Positions 9,182-18,033 of a DNA stretch of 36,994 nucleotides are shown piece by piece; within the stretch, counting starts at the first letter, position 1; every line of letters starts with the position of its first letter. The notes under the pieces are model-generated. The model was not told where the DNA came from and made no database searches. It worked only from the letters and a program-made list of their open reading frames with translations. The stretch covers positions 1 to 36,994 of IMG/VR virus record IMGVR_UViG_3300012943_000047. One strand, 5' to 3'. The translations under genes and the position numbers were made by a program. The DNA comes from a virus (lineage: Duplodnaviria > Caudoviricetes).

Positions 9182-9749
9182 TGGCGTTCAGTTCCAGAGT
9201 AAAAATGCTGTCGCTCACTATTTGAAAACTGAATGGCCGGATGTGCTTGCGGCCACCTTCCACTTCTGGCAATTCAAGGTTCTGGATCACCACTCGGGTA
9301 TCCTTTTCTAAAAAGATGTTCGTTAGAGCATTGTCCAAATGCACCGCTTCATTAAGCGACCAAAGTTTATTCAAAATGCTAAGTTCCTCTTCCGGCCATA
9401 TCCGGTTTGTTTCGTCAATCACAAAGCCCTTAATCGAAATTGAATAATCATCAATGTTGTAAAGCTCCTTCACAGTTCCCTTACGTTCAGGAAGTGCAGT
9501 CTTAACGATTGTCTTCTGTGCCGACATCTTCATTACTGCATACGGCAATAGCACCTCTGTTGCACCGAATACATCAGGATTGAGATCAACAAATTTTACA
9601 GGTAACCAGATTTCCTTTCCCAGATATTCAGCCGTCAATGCCGAACCGGATACTTGAGATACATCTTGCTTTTCAGCATTCACCACGTAAGGCTCGCTAC
9701 CGAAAGTGCGTCTGTAGAGTTGGTTAAGATCGTAGATGACTGAACTCAT
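9174..9749 (-). CDS. Tail tube initiator-like protein (DUF6046-like)
   Basis: KTIVKT...RKGTVKELY..DDYSISIKG motif, directly after the tape measure gene. Confidence 0.65.
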   Translation of the reverse strand: MSSVIYDLNQLYRRTFGSEPYVVNAEKQDVSQVSGSALTAEYLGKEIWLPVKFVDLNPDVFGATEVLLPYAVMKMSAQKTIVKTALPERKGTVKELYNIDDYSISIKGFVIDETNRIWPEEELSILNKLWSLNEAVHLDNALTNIFLEKDTRVVIQNLELPEVEGGRKHIRPFSFQIVSDSIFTLELNANV

Positions 9750-11470
9750 TGCACTGCCGCTCCACTGTTTAACAATCTCAATAAATACTCGTCAAGTTGT
9801 TCCTTCACACCATCCAAACCTTTATCCAGGGTGGTTGTATGAATTTCAATCTTCTCGGCAAACTTCACTCCGTTGATGTTGATGATGCGAGGGCCACCTC
9901 CTGCAATGCCTTTGGCTGTATCGTCTCCGGTTGCAAAACTTGGAATAGCTCCACCCACTGTTGCTGCGGTTGGTGTGGACGCATCAGATGAATTTCCTTT
10001 GGCGGCACCAATCGCTTGGCCGCGCTTCCAAGCATCGCTTACACCTGCTGTAAATCCTCCCTTCGCTGCAAAGCCAATGGCATTGGCAGCAAGGCCAACA
10101 GGCGAGATATTGTAAACAAGTTTTGCAACAGCTTTCCCGGCATCGAGATAACGACCTTCTTTAAAGGCTGTGATCGCTTCGAAAATGGGCGCGAATATTT
10201 GCTTGAAGAAATTACCAATGTTTGTGAACACCTGCTTAAAGCTCTCCCACAACCCATGCACAACTTTCCTGAACCCTTCAAAATGTTTGTAGGCATAGAT
10301 GATCCCGGCAACAAGTGCAGCAATAGCCGCAATAACAAGTCCCACCGGATTCATCATCATTGCAGTGTTAAGCAGGGTTTGAGCGAAAGCCCATAACTGA
10401 GTAGCAATGATTACAGATTTGTAAGCAACCACAGCGCCACCAACCACTGAAGCAAGCAAACCGATCCAAGACCAATTTTCGCGCAGCCATGTCACGGTTG
10501 TAATGAAAGCCGGAATGATTGTGTTGGTCAGTGTCATACCCAAATCGATTAGACCGTGCCAGAATGGTTGCAGGGCGGTGCCCATATCAGCGGCACCCAT
10601 TGAAATGCTATCCTTGAACATCGCAAAGCGACCACCAACGGTTTTCATTTGAGCATCCATTGCGCCAGCATACAAACCACCGGCTTTGCCAGCTTTATCA
10701 AGTGCATACGTCAGCAACTCGTAAGTCACTTCCATATCTTTCACCTGCTCTTTGGTTTTGCCTGTGGCCGCTGCAAGAATTCCGTAGATGTTTATCCCGG
10801 CGTAGGCAAATTGTTTTATATCAACGCCCGTGGCTTTTCCTGCGTTGGCAATCTGCTGCATATTCACAGCCATGCGCATCAGTTCATCATTGCCACCTCC
10901 GGTTGCTGATATCGCATTGGCAAGGTTCAACGTATCCTTCCGCGCTTTCTCCGCACTCACGCCGGTTGAAATCAGCGCACGATTTACGTTCAATAAACTC
11001 TCAACACCGTATGGTGTTGCAATTGCATCCTGCCGGATGTTGGAATAAGCCGTCTGTGCTTTATCTTTTCCTAAAAATGTTGAAAGGCTTGTAAGGCTTG
11101 ATTCCTGTTTTGCTCCCGCTCCGAAAATTCCACCAATAGCACCGGCGATGGCCAGTGGCCCGATGTAGCTCCGTATCATTGACATTAAACCGCTACTTCC
11201 TGCGGCTCCCTGTATGTTACCAGGAGCGCGGGAAGCAATTCGGTTTAGTTGTTCAAGCTCTCTGCGAGCGTCACGAATTTGTTTTACGGAAGTGCTTTTG
11301 GAAATAGTGCCTTCAAGCTCACGCACCTTCCGTGCAATGGTGTCATAACTTTGGCTGAGAGTGCCATTAAAACCACGTATTGAGGCCGTGGTTTTCTGTG
11401 CAGTACTGGCCATCTTCACAAGGCCGCTGCTAACTAATTCACGAAGCTTTATAAAAAATTCTAAGTTCAC
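9746..11470 (-). CDS. Tail tape measure protein
   Basis: 574 aa, Ala/Gly-rich helical; tape-measure segment (TPY...NLANAISATGG...DIKQFAYAGINI) and NPVGLVIAAIAALVAG repeat; GTG start. Confidence 0.9.
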   Translation of the reverse strand: MNLEFFIKLRELVSSGLVKMASTAQKTTASIRGFNGTLSQSYDTIARKVRELEGTISKSTSVKQIRDARRELEQLNRIASRAPGNIQGAAGSSGLMSMIRSYIGPLAIAGAIGGIFGAGAKQESSLTSLSTFLGKDKAQTAYSNIRQDAIATPYGVESLLNVNRALISTGVSAEKARKDTLNLANAISATGGGNDELMRMAVNMQQIANAGKATGVDIKQFAYAGINIYGILAAATGKTKEQVKDMEVTYELLTYALDKAGKAGGLYAGAMDAQMKTVGGRFAMFKDSISMGAADMGTALQPFWHGLIDLGMTLTNTIIPAFITTVTWLRENWSWIGLLASVVGGAVVAYKSVIIATQLWAFAQTLLNTAMMMNPVGLVIAAIAALVAGIIYAYKHFEGFRKVVHGLWESFKQVFTNIGNFFKQIFAPIFEAITAFKEGRYLDAGKAVAKLVYNISPVGLAANAIGFAAKGGFTAGVSDAWKRGQAIGAAKGNSSDASTPTAATVGGAIPSFATGDDTAKGIAGGGPRIININGVKFAEKIEIHTTTLDKGLDGVKEQLDEYLLRLLNSGAAVQ

Positions 11471-11661
11471 TTCAGCAACTGTTTTAAAAAACTGGAATCT
11501 CCTTCGATCTTGCGGATTTTCTTGATATGAGCAAGCTTTAAAGAAAGGGCTTCATCACTCATCGCGGAGGCATCGCGCCCCGTGTAGTATTCTACAATTG
11601 TTTCAAGGAAGCCGACCACATCGCGTTCGGCTTTCTTTGATGCTCCGCTTACCTTTTTAAA
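11467..11661 (-). CDS. -1 frameshift extension of the tail chaperone (GT-like)
   Basis: T-TTA-AAA heptamer at 11661-11655 in the correct phase; the -1 frame is open to TGA at 11469-11467, which overlaps the tape-measure GTG. Confidence 0.75.
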   Translation of the reverse strand, partial: FKKVSGASKKAERDVVGFLETIVEYYTGRDASAMSDEALSLKLAHIKKIRKIEGDSSFLKQLLK

Positions 11662-12068
11662 AGTGCCGCCTCGTACCCTTTCAGAATTTTGTTAAACTGC
11701 TGACTTGCTGGAATAAAATACTCATCATCCTCAATCACTGCCATGTCCCCGGCAACATAACATTCCCGCATTGCAGCTTCAAGAAATTCGTACAAACCTT
11801 CTTCTTCAATTTTTGTGGAAGCATAGGAAAGAATGCTTCGTGTAATGGGACGCATCAATATCATCAGCTTGATACTACCGTTCTCTTCCAATACCGGAAG
11901 ATACCAGAGGCCTTTATGCTGATTGCTCCATTTGGCAAGCTGTTCCTTTGTAAACTTCGATACTGCAAGCTCTTCACACAATTTCTTTAGTTCGGCTTCC
12001 TTGGCCTCCTTCTCGCGTTTGCGAATCGCTTTTGTGCTTTCGCCTTTTGTTGCTTCTGTTTGAATCAT
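11649..12068 (-). CDS. Tail assembly chaperone (G-like)
   Basis: Between tube and tape measure genes; ends in a slippery heptamer. Confidence 0.8.
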   Translation of the reverse strand: MIQTEATKGESTKAIRKREKEAKEAELKKLCEELAVSKFTKEQLAKWSNQHKGLWYLPVLEENGSIKLMILMRPITRSILSYASTKIEEEGLYEFLEAAMRECYVAGDMAVIEDDEYFIPASQQFNKILKGYEAALLKR

Positions 12069-12097
12069 TGGTTTAGGGTTTTAATTGGTTAGAAATT

Positions 12098-12128
12098 AAT
12101 CCCTCTCCATGTCCAGTGAAGAGGGATT
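12098..12128 (-). terminator. Hairpin after tail tube gene (terminator or stabiliser)
   Basis: AATCCCTCT (12098-12106) / AGAGGGATT (12120-12128). Confidence 0.4.
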
Positions 12129-12143
12129 TTGATTTATCTATTT

Positions 12144-12572
12144 TTAGAGTCGCACCACTCTCATAGCCAAGTAAGGAAGCGTGATCTCGTGCATCTTCGC
12201 ATTTTGTTCCATTCCTTCCGGCGATTCAGTGAAAGCAATACCAAAAACACTCGTAGTGCGTGTCTTGTCGATCAGGTTTTTCTTGTACTCAATTGTTGCG
12301 GCAATCGCGGTGTGAGGCACACGCACAATGCTGGAAAATCCGGCAGCTAATGCCGCATCATTCAACAAGTCAACTTCATACTTCAGCATTTTGAAAGAAC
12401 CTTCATACTTCGCGTTGCCCGATTGAATATCGACAGGTTCATCACCTGCGGCATATACGTGTTCCTTCTCAACGGTTTCCTTCACTTCAAATCCACGTAA
12501 GCCAGTAATCTTACGGCCCAGGAGAGTGATAGTAATTTTGCTCCATGAGCAATCATTTGTGCTAAAATCCAT
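12144..12572 (-). CDS. Tail tube protein
   Basis: SWSKI.I.LLGR.I.G...EKEHVYAAGDEPVDIQSGN..YEGS, after the sheath gene. Confidence 0.8.
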   Translation of the reverse strand: MDFSTNDCSWSKITITLLGRKITGLRGFEVKETVEKEHVYAAGDEPVDIQSGNAKYEGSFKMLKYEVDLLNDAALAAGFSSIVRVPHTAIAATIEYKKNLIDKTRTTSVFGIAFTESPEGMEQNAKMHEITLPYLAMRVVRL

Positions 12573-12583
12573 TTGCTATTGAG

Positions 12584-13732
12584 TTAAGCGGTTGGTGCAA
12601 TAAGTCCTATTTCAACGTCTATAAAGCTCTTGTAGCCCTTCGGTTGAATGCGAAGTTTTACGGTAAGCTTGCCGGTGTTGATCATGTTCTGATTTGGATT
12701 GATCAATGCCGCCACGCTGCTGATCTGCGCGGCCATTGCAACATTGATTTGCTGCTCAATCTGATTCTTCAGGTCATTCACCACGTACGAAGCAATGTTT
12801 CCATTGGCTTCTGTATCAACTTCATCTTCAATTTGCTCCACATAAGTAGCGGTAGCAATTACAGCGGCTTTGTCAACCAGACGGCCATAGGCAAGCAAAC
12901 GATAATCATCGATGCTGCACATGCGGTCGATACCGAAGAAGAAACCTGCTTTTTGTGGATGACTTACAAAAGTCATGAAGCCATTGCCGTGATATGTGTC
13001 AAGAGCAGCAACGTCCTTCAATGCTTTGTCACCGATGTAACAATTTGCAATCGTTAAAGGGCCGTTTTCAACTTTACCAATTTTCACGTGAGCCGGATAT
13101 GCAACAGCACGGCCCAAAGCCAACCCAACGGATGCTGAACCATCGTTCAAACTTCCACCAAGTACAACAGCAGCAAAGCCATTGGTGCTTGTGTTGGGCA
13201 ACAGCGTGTTACCAGCCGATGGATTTTGCACACGTCCTTCAATCAGGATTCTTAACGGTGCTAATTCTGTAAGGCGAGCCTGACCAAAAACTTTACTGTT
13301 GGTGATGGCGGTGGTTACATCGCTATCAATAAAGTTAGCTCCACCGCTATAACCACCTACTGGCTTTCTAAACACACCCAGCAAACGAATTTTACCTTGT
13401 CCGTCTGCAACCAGTTTCTTAGCACCGTTTGCATTGGTATTATCCAGCATTTGAGCCAGCGTAACCGTGTCAGCCACGATCATGATGTGCAACTCCTGAT
13501 TTCCTCCTACTTCACCGTAGAATTCTTTCAGGTGCCGATACATTGCAGGTTCCGCTATTTCAGTGAACCCTTGAGCCACAGCATCGTCAAGATTAAACAC
13601 CGTCTTTGGCACACCCAGGAGACCAGCTGTTACGCCTGTTCCCATCAGCGCGGCAATTCCATCAATGGCAGATACATCCTGAAGAAGATTGCCGTTGGCG
13701 TAGAGTATGGTTACTTTAGGTATGTTACCCAT
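12584..13732 (-). CDS. Tail sheath protein (DUF2586-like)
   Basis: 382 aa; DDYRLLAYGRLVDKA and C-terminal LRIQPKGY..I.VEIG sheath-type motifs. Confidence 0.8.
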   Translation of the reverse strand: MGNIPKVTILYANGNLLQDVSAIDGIAALMGTGVTAGLLGVPKTVFNLDDAVAQGFTEIAEPAMYRHLKEFYGEVGGNQELHIMIVADTVTLAQMLDNTNANGAKKLVADGQGKIRLLGVFRKPVGGYSGGANFIDSDVTTAITNSKVFGQARLTELAPLRILIEGRVQNPSAGNTLLPNTSTNGFAAVVLGGSLNDGSASVGLALGRAVAYPAHVKIGKVENGPLTIANCYIGDKALKDVAALDTYHGNGFMTFVSHPQKAGFFFGIDRMCSIDDYRLLAYGRLVDKAAVIATATYVEQIEDEVDTEANGNIASYVVNDLKNQIEQQINVAMAAQISSVAALINPNQNMINTGKLTVKLRIQPKGYKSFIDVEIGLIAPTA

Positions 13733-13761
13733 TGGAAAGTCGATTTAAAAATTGAAATGAA

Positions 13762-14022
13762 TTATTTTCCTTCAGCAGCTTTCTTTTCGTCAGCGGCTTT
13801 TTTATCAGCAGCCTTCTTTTCATCAGCGGCTAATTTGTCGGCATCTCCTTCGTTCACCGCAGGATAATCCTTGCGGTCATGCTTTTCAACTTCCTTGTCT
13901 CCAAGGGTGTCGGCATGCGCCTTCGCATCATGTTCTTTGTGAAACAAAAATCCGTTCGAAGTGCTGAAGCATTCCTTAGAATCTTTGTATGTCGCGAAAT
14001 AGTGAGCAATTTTCTTTTCCAT
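13762..14022 (-). CDS. Small hypothetical protein with KKAAD/E repeat tail
   Basis: 86-aa ORF; C-terminal KKAAD(E) repeats. Confidence 0.7.
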   Translation of the reverse strand: MEKKIAHYFATYKDSKECFSTSNGFLFHKEHDAKAHADTLGDKEVEKHDRKDYPAVNEGDADKLAADEKKAADKKAADEKKAAEGK

Positions 14023-14030
14023 AGTTTGGA

Positions 14031-14516
14031 TTATTTGATTTTGAAATAAATGTATACTACCAGTACAATCAGCGTAATGATTGAAATGAAGCGTGATGGA
14101 ACATCATACCAATGCGTTTTGTAAACGATCACTGGCGGAGGTACTATAATCTTCTTCTCATGCCGCAGTCTGTAAATTTCTTTGTCCATTAATTGGACTA
14201 TTTTTTTTAACTCGTCACATGACCCGGTGGCTGTAAGTTTACCCGTGGCATCAATCACAACTCCAACATGAGCGCGGCCATTGCTGCCGCTAATTTTTTT
14301 AGGTATGGGCTTGTTGGTGATGGAATCGCACTCGATGTATACAGGTGGAAGCGTTACCTTTTCTCCGGGAAGGTAAAGAGTATCAATGCGCGGAACATAG
14401 CGCGTGGTCGTGCTGTCTGTTACTTCTGAAGTGGTGCCAGTTGCAACCTTTGGGCTACAACCAGACACCATCAACAGGAGCCCTAAACCAAAAACTATGA
14501 AAAAAATTCCGCGCAT
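14031..14516 (-). CDS. Probable unimolecular spanin (lipoprotein with C-terminal TM helix)
   Basis: Lipobox VSG-C20, beta-rich middle, C-terminal FISIITLIVLVVYIYF-KIK; follows the endolysin. Confidence 0.7.
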   Translation of the reverse strand: MRGIFFIVFGLGLLLMVSGCSPKVATGTTSEVTDSTTTRYVPRIDTLYLPGEKVTLPPVYIECDSITNKPIPKKISGSNGRAHVGVVIDATGKLTATGSCDELKKIVQLMDKEIYRLRHEKKIIVPPPVIVYKTHWYDVPSRFISIITLIVLVVYIYFKIK

Positions 14517-14544
14517 TTGAATATTGTGTGTTGTTAAATGGTGT

Positions 14545-15102
14545 TTAGACCCAACGACTGATTTTATAGATGTTGGCCTTCAATCTTCGCTTTCGATATA
14601 CGCCATCACCTTCTCGCGATCCTGCCGAATTGGTATTGCCTTCTACAGTGATGTAGTACTCCCCATCTTCACCATCAATAAACCCAACATGGCCTATTCG
14701 TGGTGGTGTGAATGTGGTGTACAGCAATCCGAAAACATCAGCTTTGCCGGGCTTGCTTTTATTCAGCTTCCCTCGAATGAATATTGTTTTATCGGGTGGA
14801 AACCAGCTGGGTGCCCATGCACTTTTAATGGCCGTAACGCCAGATTCATTAAATGACCAGGAGACAAACGAGGCACACCATGCATAACCTTTTGCAAAGC
14901 CTGTGGTAGCGAGATATTTCTCAACCATCACGCCATCATTGTGGCCGGTCAATTCACGCACACCAATTTGAGAGGTGTATGTGGCAGAAACTTTTTGAAT
15001 CAGTTCGTCCTTGCCGGTATCGGCTACAGGACTTGCATAGCCAATAGCATTGCCAACAAGTACAAGGCTAAGACAGAGAAAGAGAGTTTTAATTTTTCCC
15101 AT
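14545..15102 (-). CDS. CHAP-domain endolysin with N-terminal signal peptide
   Basis: AWCASFVSW (Cys), GHVGFI (His), TVEGNT. Start re-assigned to MGKIKTLFLCLSLVLVG at 15102. Confidence 0.85.
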   Translation of the reverse strand: MGKIKTLFLCLSLVLVGNAIGYASPVADTGKDELIQKVSATYTSQIGVRELTGHNDGVMVEKYLATTGFAKGYAWCASFVSWSFNESGVTAIKSAWAPSWFPPDKTIFIRGKLNKSKPGKADVFGLLYTTFTPPRIGHVGFIDGEDGEYYITVEGNTNSAGSREGDGVYRKRRLKANIYKISRWV

Positions 15103-15374
15103 TTTTGTTCGGGGGTTAAGGTTGAAAAATCTGTATCGAATTGCTCCGTGAGGTATTTGAAAATACCCGGAAACGTAAGCCGTAAAACAAACCACACATT
15201 CAGTGTGGAGAAGCTGAATACAATCAATCCGAAAATCATTTTTTGAAACACAGCGATGTCATACGTTGCCGCAGTTTCATCCACCGTGTGCAGTATGTAA
15301 GGACTGATCAGGTAGAGAACGAATGCAATTGGCGCAAGCCACAGTTCGTTGTATCGTTTTAAAAATTTGATCAT
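15024..15374 (-). CDS. Holin-like membrane protein (3 TM)
   Basis: Three hydrophobic segments; precedes and overlaps the endolysin. Confidence 0.65.
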   Translation of the reverse strand: MIKFLKRYNELWLAPIAFVLYLISPYILHTVDETAATYDIAVFQKMIFGLIVFSFSTLNVWFVLRLTFPGIFKYLTEQFDTDFSTLTPEQKWEKLKLSFSVLALYLLAMLLAMQVL

Positions 15375-15610
15375 GGTTTGATAAGCTTTTCAAAAAATAT
15401 AGTTCCAATTGCAGTAAAGAATCCGATCACTCCGCCCCACACCTTGCTTTTTGTTTCAAGGCTATTCACTTGAATCTTCAACTCTTGGATTTCCTCTTTA
15501 CCTTCCTTCTGGCCTTCCTTTAGTTCTTTCACATCTTGGTGAAGGAGTATAAGAAGTTCGCGTTGCGTCAGCTTGTTAAGGTCAATAAGCTCCTCGTTTT
15601 TACCTGCCAT
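15371..15610 (-). CDS. Coiled-coil protein with C-terminal TM (holin/XhlA-like lysis accessory)
   Basis: Heptad-rich N-terminus then VWGGVIGFFTAIGTIFF; first gene of the lysis cassette. Confidence 0.6.
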   Translation of the reverse strand: MAGKNEELIDLNKLTQRELLILLHQDVKELKEGQKEGKEEIQELKIQVNSLETKSKVWGGVIGFFTAIGTIFFEKLIKP

Positions 15611-15625
15611 TCAGTTCCCGTTTAA

Positions 15626-15655
15626 GGAAGGCTCAACTTTTACATTGAGCCTTCC
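15626..15655. terminator. Hairpin between capsid and lysis genes
   Basis: Perfect 11-bp stem GGAAGGCTCAA/TTGAGCCTTCC with 8-nt loop. Confidence 0.55.
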
Positions 15656-15708
15656 ATTTTCATCATCCCGATTTTCACCGGGAATCGATTATAGGGGGAG
15701 TTATTTTC

Positions 15709-16632
15709 TTAAGCAGCTTTGATTAGAGCTACCACACCGCTGTTATCAGCGCGTCTACGTCTTCCACCGGCACGCAATAGAGCCGAGTAGATGTCACCCT
15801 GATACAAGGCATCATCTTTGTTCTCGAAGAACTTACGTTCTCCAAGTGCCCGTGCTACGGCTTCTTTTTGCCAGAACATTGATACGGTGTTGTCATCAGC
15901 TGCAACCGCTCCGCCCAGGGCATCGATGGTGTTGGTGGTGATCGCCGCAATGGCAACGTTGCTACGTTCCATCAAAGTGAAGCCATGCAACTTGCCAACA
16001 ATACCTTCCTTGGCATCCATGTACTCAGAGAAGTCACGATACTGAGTGGCCGTTAAGCTCGTGGTCAGTTCGTCCATCATGTTGCTTTCAAGCAACGCAT
16101 AACGATCCGCCTTTGGCACGTTCTGAAGATTCATGGCAAGGCCAACCTTCTTCAAATCGTCAGCCACAGTTACCTTGCGGTTTCCTGTCTGGCCTGTTAC
16201 ATTTCCAAGCGCACTGGCTCCGCCGGAGGTAAGCACAATGTTTGGAGCAGCAATGCCCGTCAGCCATTTGATGATCATGTCATCAGCAACGGTTTCCACC
16301 AATTGCCCTGCGTGATCACCGAATACACTTGCGATCTTGTCGTAAGTGATTTCCATCGTGTCCGCAGCTTCGATGTGTGTCGGATCAGATGAGTACTTGT
16401 CAAGCAAGTATGAAACATCGCTATCCGTTCTTTGCACTGCTGTCGCAGGGTAAGAAGACCTGTTCTTTACAATCACAGGCTTGCTGCCCGGATTAGGGAT
16501 GTGAACGATTTTCCCGTTTTTGCTTCCACCAACTACATATTGGTCATCGTTGAAGGCGTACTTCAAAAACTGATTGTCTTTCCACAAACGGCCAATGATG
16601 TACTTTACCCATACTTCGCTTTGTACTGCCAT
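15709..16632 (-). CDS. Major capsid protein
   Basis: 307 aa after protease; EVW...KIVHIPNPGSKP, NVPKADRYAL and GIVGKLHGFTLMERS (HK97-fold-like). Confidence 0.85.
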   Translation of the reverse strand: MAVQSEVWVKYIIGRLWKDNQFLKYAFNDDQYVVGGSKNGKIVHIPNPGSKPVIVKNRSSYPATAVQRTDSDVSYLLDKYSSDPTHIEAADTMEITYDKIASVFGDHAGQLVETVADDMIIKWLTGIAAPNIVLTSGGASALGNVTGQTGNRKVTVADDLKKVGLAMNLQNVPKADRYALLESNMMDELTTSLTATQYRDFSEYMDAKEGIVGKLHGFTLMERSNVAIAAITTNTIDALGGAVAADDNTVSMFWQKEAVARALGERKFFENKDDALYQGDIYSALLRAGGRRRRADNSGVVALIKAA

Positions 16633-16734
16633 AGTATTTTGAGTTTAAAAAATTTAGCGTTTTAAAAAATCATTAATCCCCTTCGTGCCTTGGGCTTTGA
16701 TGCTATCGCCACCCAAGGTCTTTAGGGGTTTATG

Positions 16735-17859
16735 TTACTCTGCCGTAGCAGTTTTTTTCTTTTCCTTCCAAACTTCCGGAGCCAGCTTAGCAAGCTCTTC
16801 GCTCTCACCTGATTCCATTAGGTCATCGAATGATTTCGCGCTCAGGTCAGCAATTCTTTTTTCGCTGCCGACTGCACCACCACCATTCAATTGGCCAGTG
16901 ATTCCCTTGTAGTCTGGCATTGCATCCACGAGGTTCTTCAACTCATCTGCTTTGTCCTTGTAGTCAATCGCAAGCTTGTTGCTCATTTCCTGGGTGATCT
17001 TCTTGGCAGCAAGTGCCACAGACAGAATCTTTGCAACTTCACCTTCAGTAGATGTAGCCGCTGGCATAGCATCGATCAGGTTCTTCAATCCGGTCGGATT
17101 GGTTGCATAATCAACCTTCAGCTTGTCGGCAAGTGGTTGGGTTAACTTCTTTGCTGCTAAAGCCGCAGTCAATAATGACTCAACTTTGTCTTTGCATACC
17201 TGAGCATTCAGGTCATTGATCTCACCTTGAAGCTTTTCAGCTTTTGCGGCTTTAGCAACTAAGTCGTTGAATGCTGCACCGGCTTCTACTTCGGTGGCAT
17301 TGGCTTTCAAATTCATGGCCGCGATTTGAGCGGCGTTTAAAGTGTACTTTTCCATAGTTGGATTTAGATTTTTAGTGGTAAAGTCTGCGAGATTGATTTC
17401 CTTCTCAATCCCAGATGATGAGATACTGTAAAGCTTTACAAGCGCATTAAAATTTCCCGGTACATCAACCAAACTGCACTCACGATTAAACCATTTGGTA
17501 ATCGTTGGGCCTGTTTGTCCGTCAAGTTTCAAGGATGCCTCTTCAGACATTTCGATAACTACGATGTGCCCTACGCTTGCTGCATTCAGGAAACCGTTTT
17601 CGATTTCATCAACAGTGCGTTGACCCATTGCATGACTCAGGTTGATGACTGGCTTTGCATAAAGTTTGTCACCTTCCAAACGAAAGTCTTCCCAGCGAAC
17701 AAGTACACCATCGTCTCTTCGATGCATGCCATAGCCGATAGGATTCTTTTTGTACTCGTCAATTAGACAGCCCTCAGTAAGCAAGCGAAAGCCATAGCTA
17801 TTCACCGAGTTATCGGTGAGTAAAAATTCTTTCTCAATTTTTTTCTGCTTGCCTGCCAT
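16735..17859 (-). CDS. Prohead protease/scaffold (Mu gpI/Z-like)
   Basis: NSYGFRL, NPIGYGMH, GFLNAASVG and ECSLVDVPGNFNAL protease motifs; Ala/Lys-rich scaffold C-terminus. Confidence 0.85.
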   Translation of the reverse strand: MAGKQKKIEKEFLLTDNSVNSYGFRLLTEGCLIDEYKKNPIGYGMHRRDDGVLVRWEDFRLEGDKLYAKPVINLSHAMGQRTVDEIENGFLNAASVGHIVVIEMSEEASLKLDGQTGPTITKWFNRECSLVDVPGNFNALVKLYSISSSGIEKEINLADFTTKNLNPTMEKYTLNAAQIAAMNLKANATEVEAGAAFNDLVAKAAKAEKLQGEINDLNAQVCKDKVESLLTAALAAKKLTQPLADKLKVDYATNPTGLKNLIDAMPAATSTEGEVAKILSVALAAKKITQEMSNKLAIDYKDKADELKNLVDAMPDYKGITGQLNGGGAVGSEKRIADLSAKSFDDLMESGESEELAKLAPEVWKEKKKTATAE

Positions 17860-17941
17860 TTGCTCGATTCAGTTTTTTTTGCGTTGCTTTGTGACACAAA
17901 AAGAATCGAAGCAAAAGCCCTTTACAAATCGGCTTTTCATA

Positions 17942-17984
17942 ACGGTACATAACCACAACCGTCACGGTGCAGTCATTGCACCGT
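17942..17984. promoter_or_regulatory. Two tandem dyad sites ACGGT-N11-ACCGT in the divergent late promoter region
   Basis: 17942-17962 and 17964-17984; the second extends to an 8-bp IR (ACGGTGCA-N5-TGCACCGT). Confidence 0.6.
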
Positions 17985-18033
17985 CATGCTTTTTACTTTA
18001 TTAAGTAGAGTATGCCCTTGCCATTTTTGCATA

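Noticed and set aside
13762-13840. KKAAD(E) repeats as a DNA-level repeat element
   Set aside because: Short low-complexity protein tail with degenerate codons and no independent structure.
14545-15195. Longest-ORF starts in the track for endolysin (15195), TerS (17986), repressor (35976), DnaA-like (31739) and Cro-like (35973) genes
   Set aside because: They overlap upstream genes or operators; downstream ATGs give better domain boundaries and coupling.
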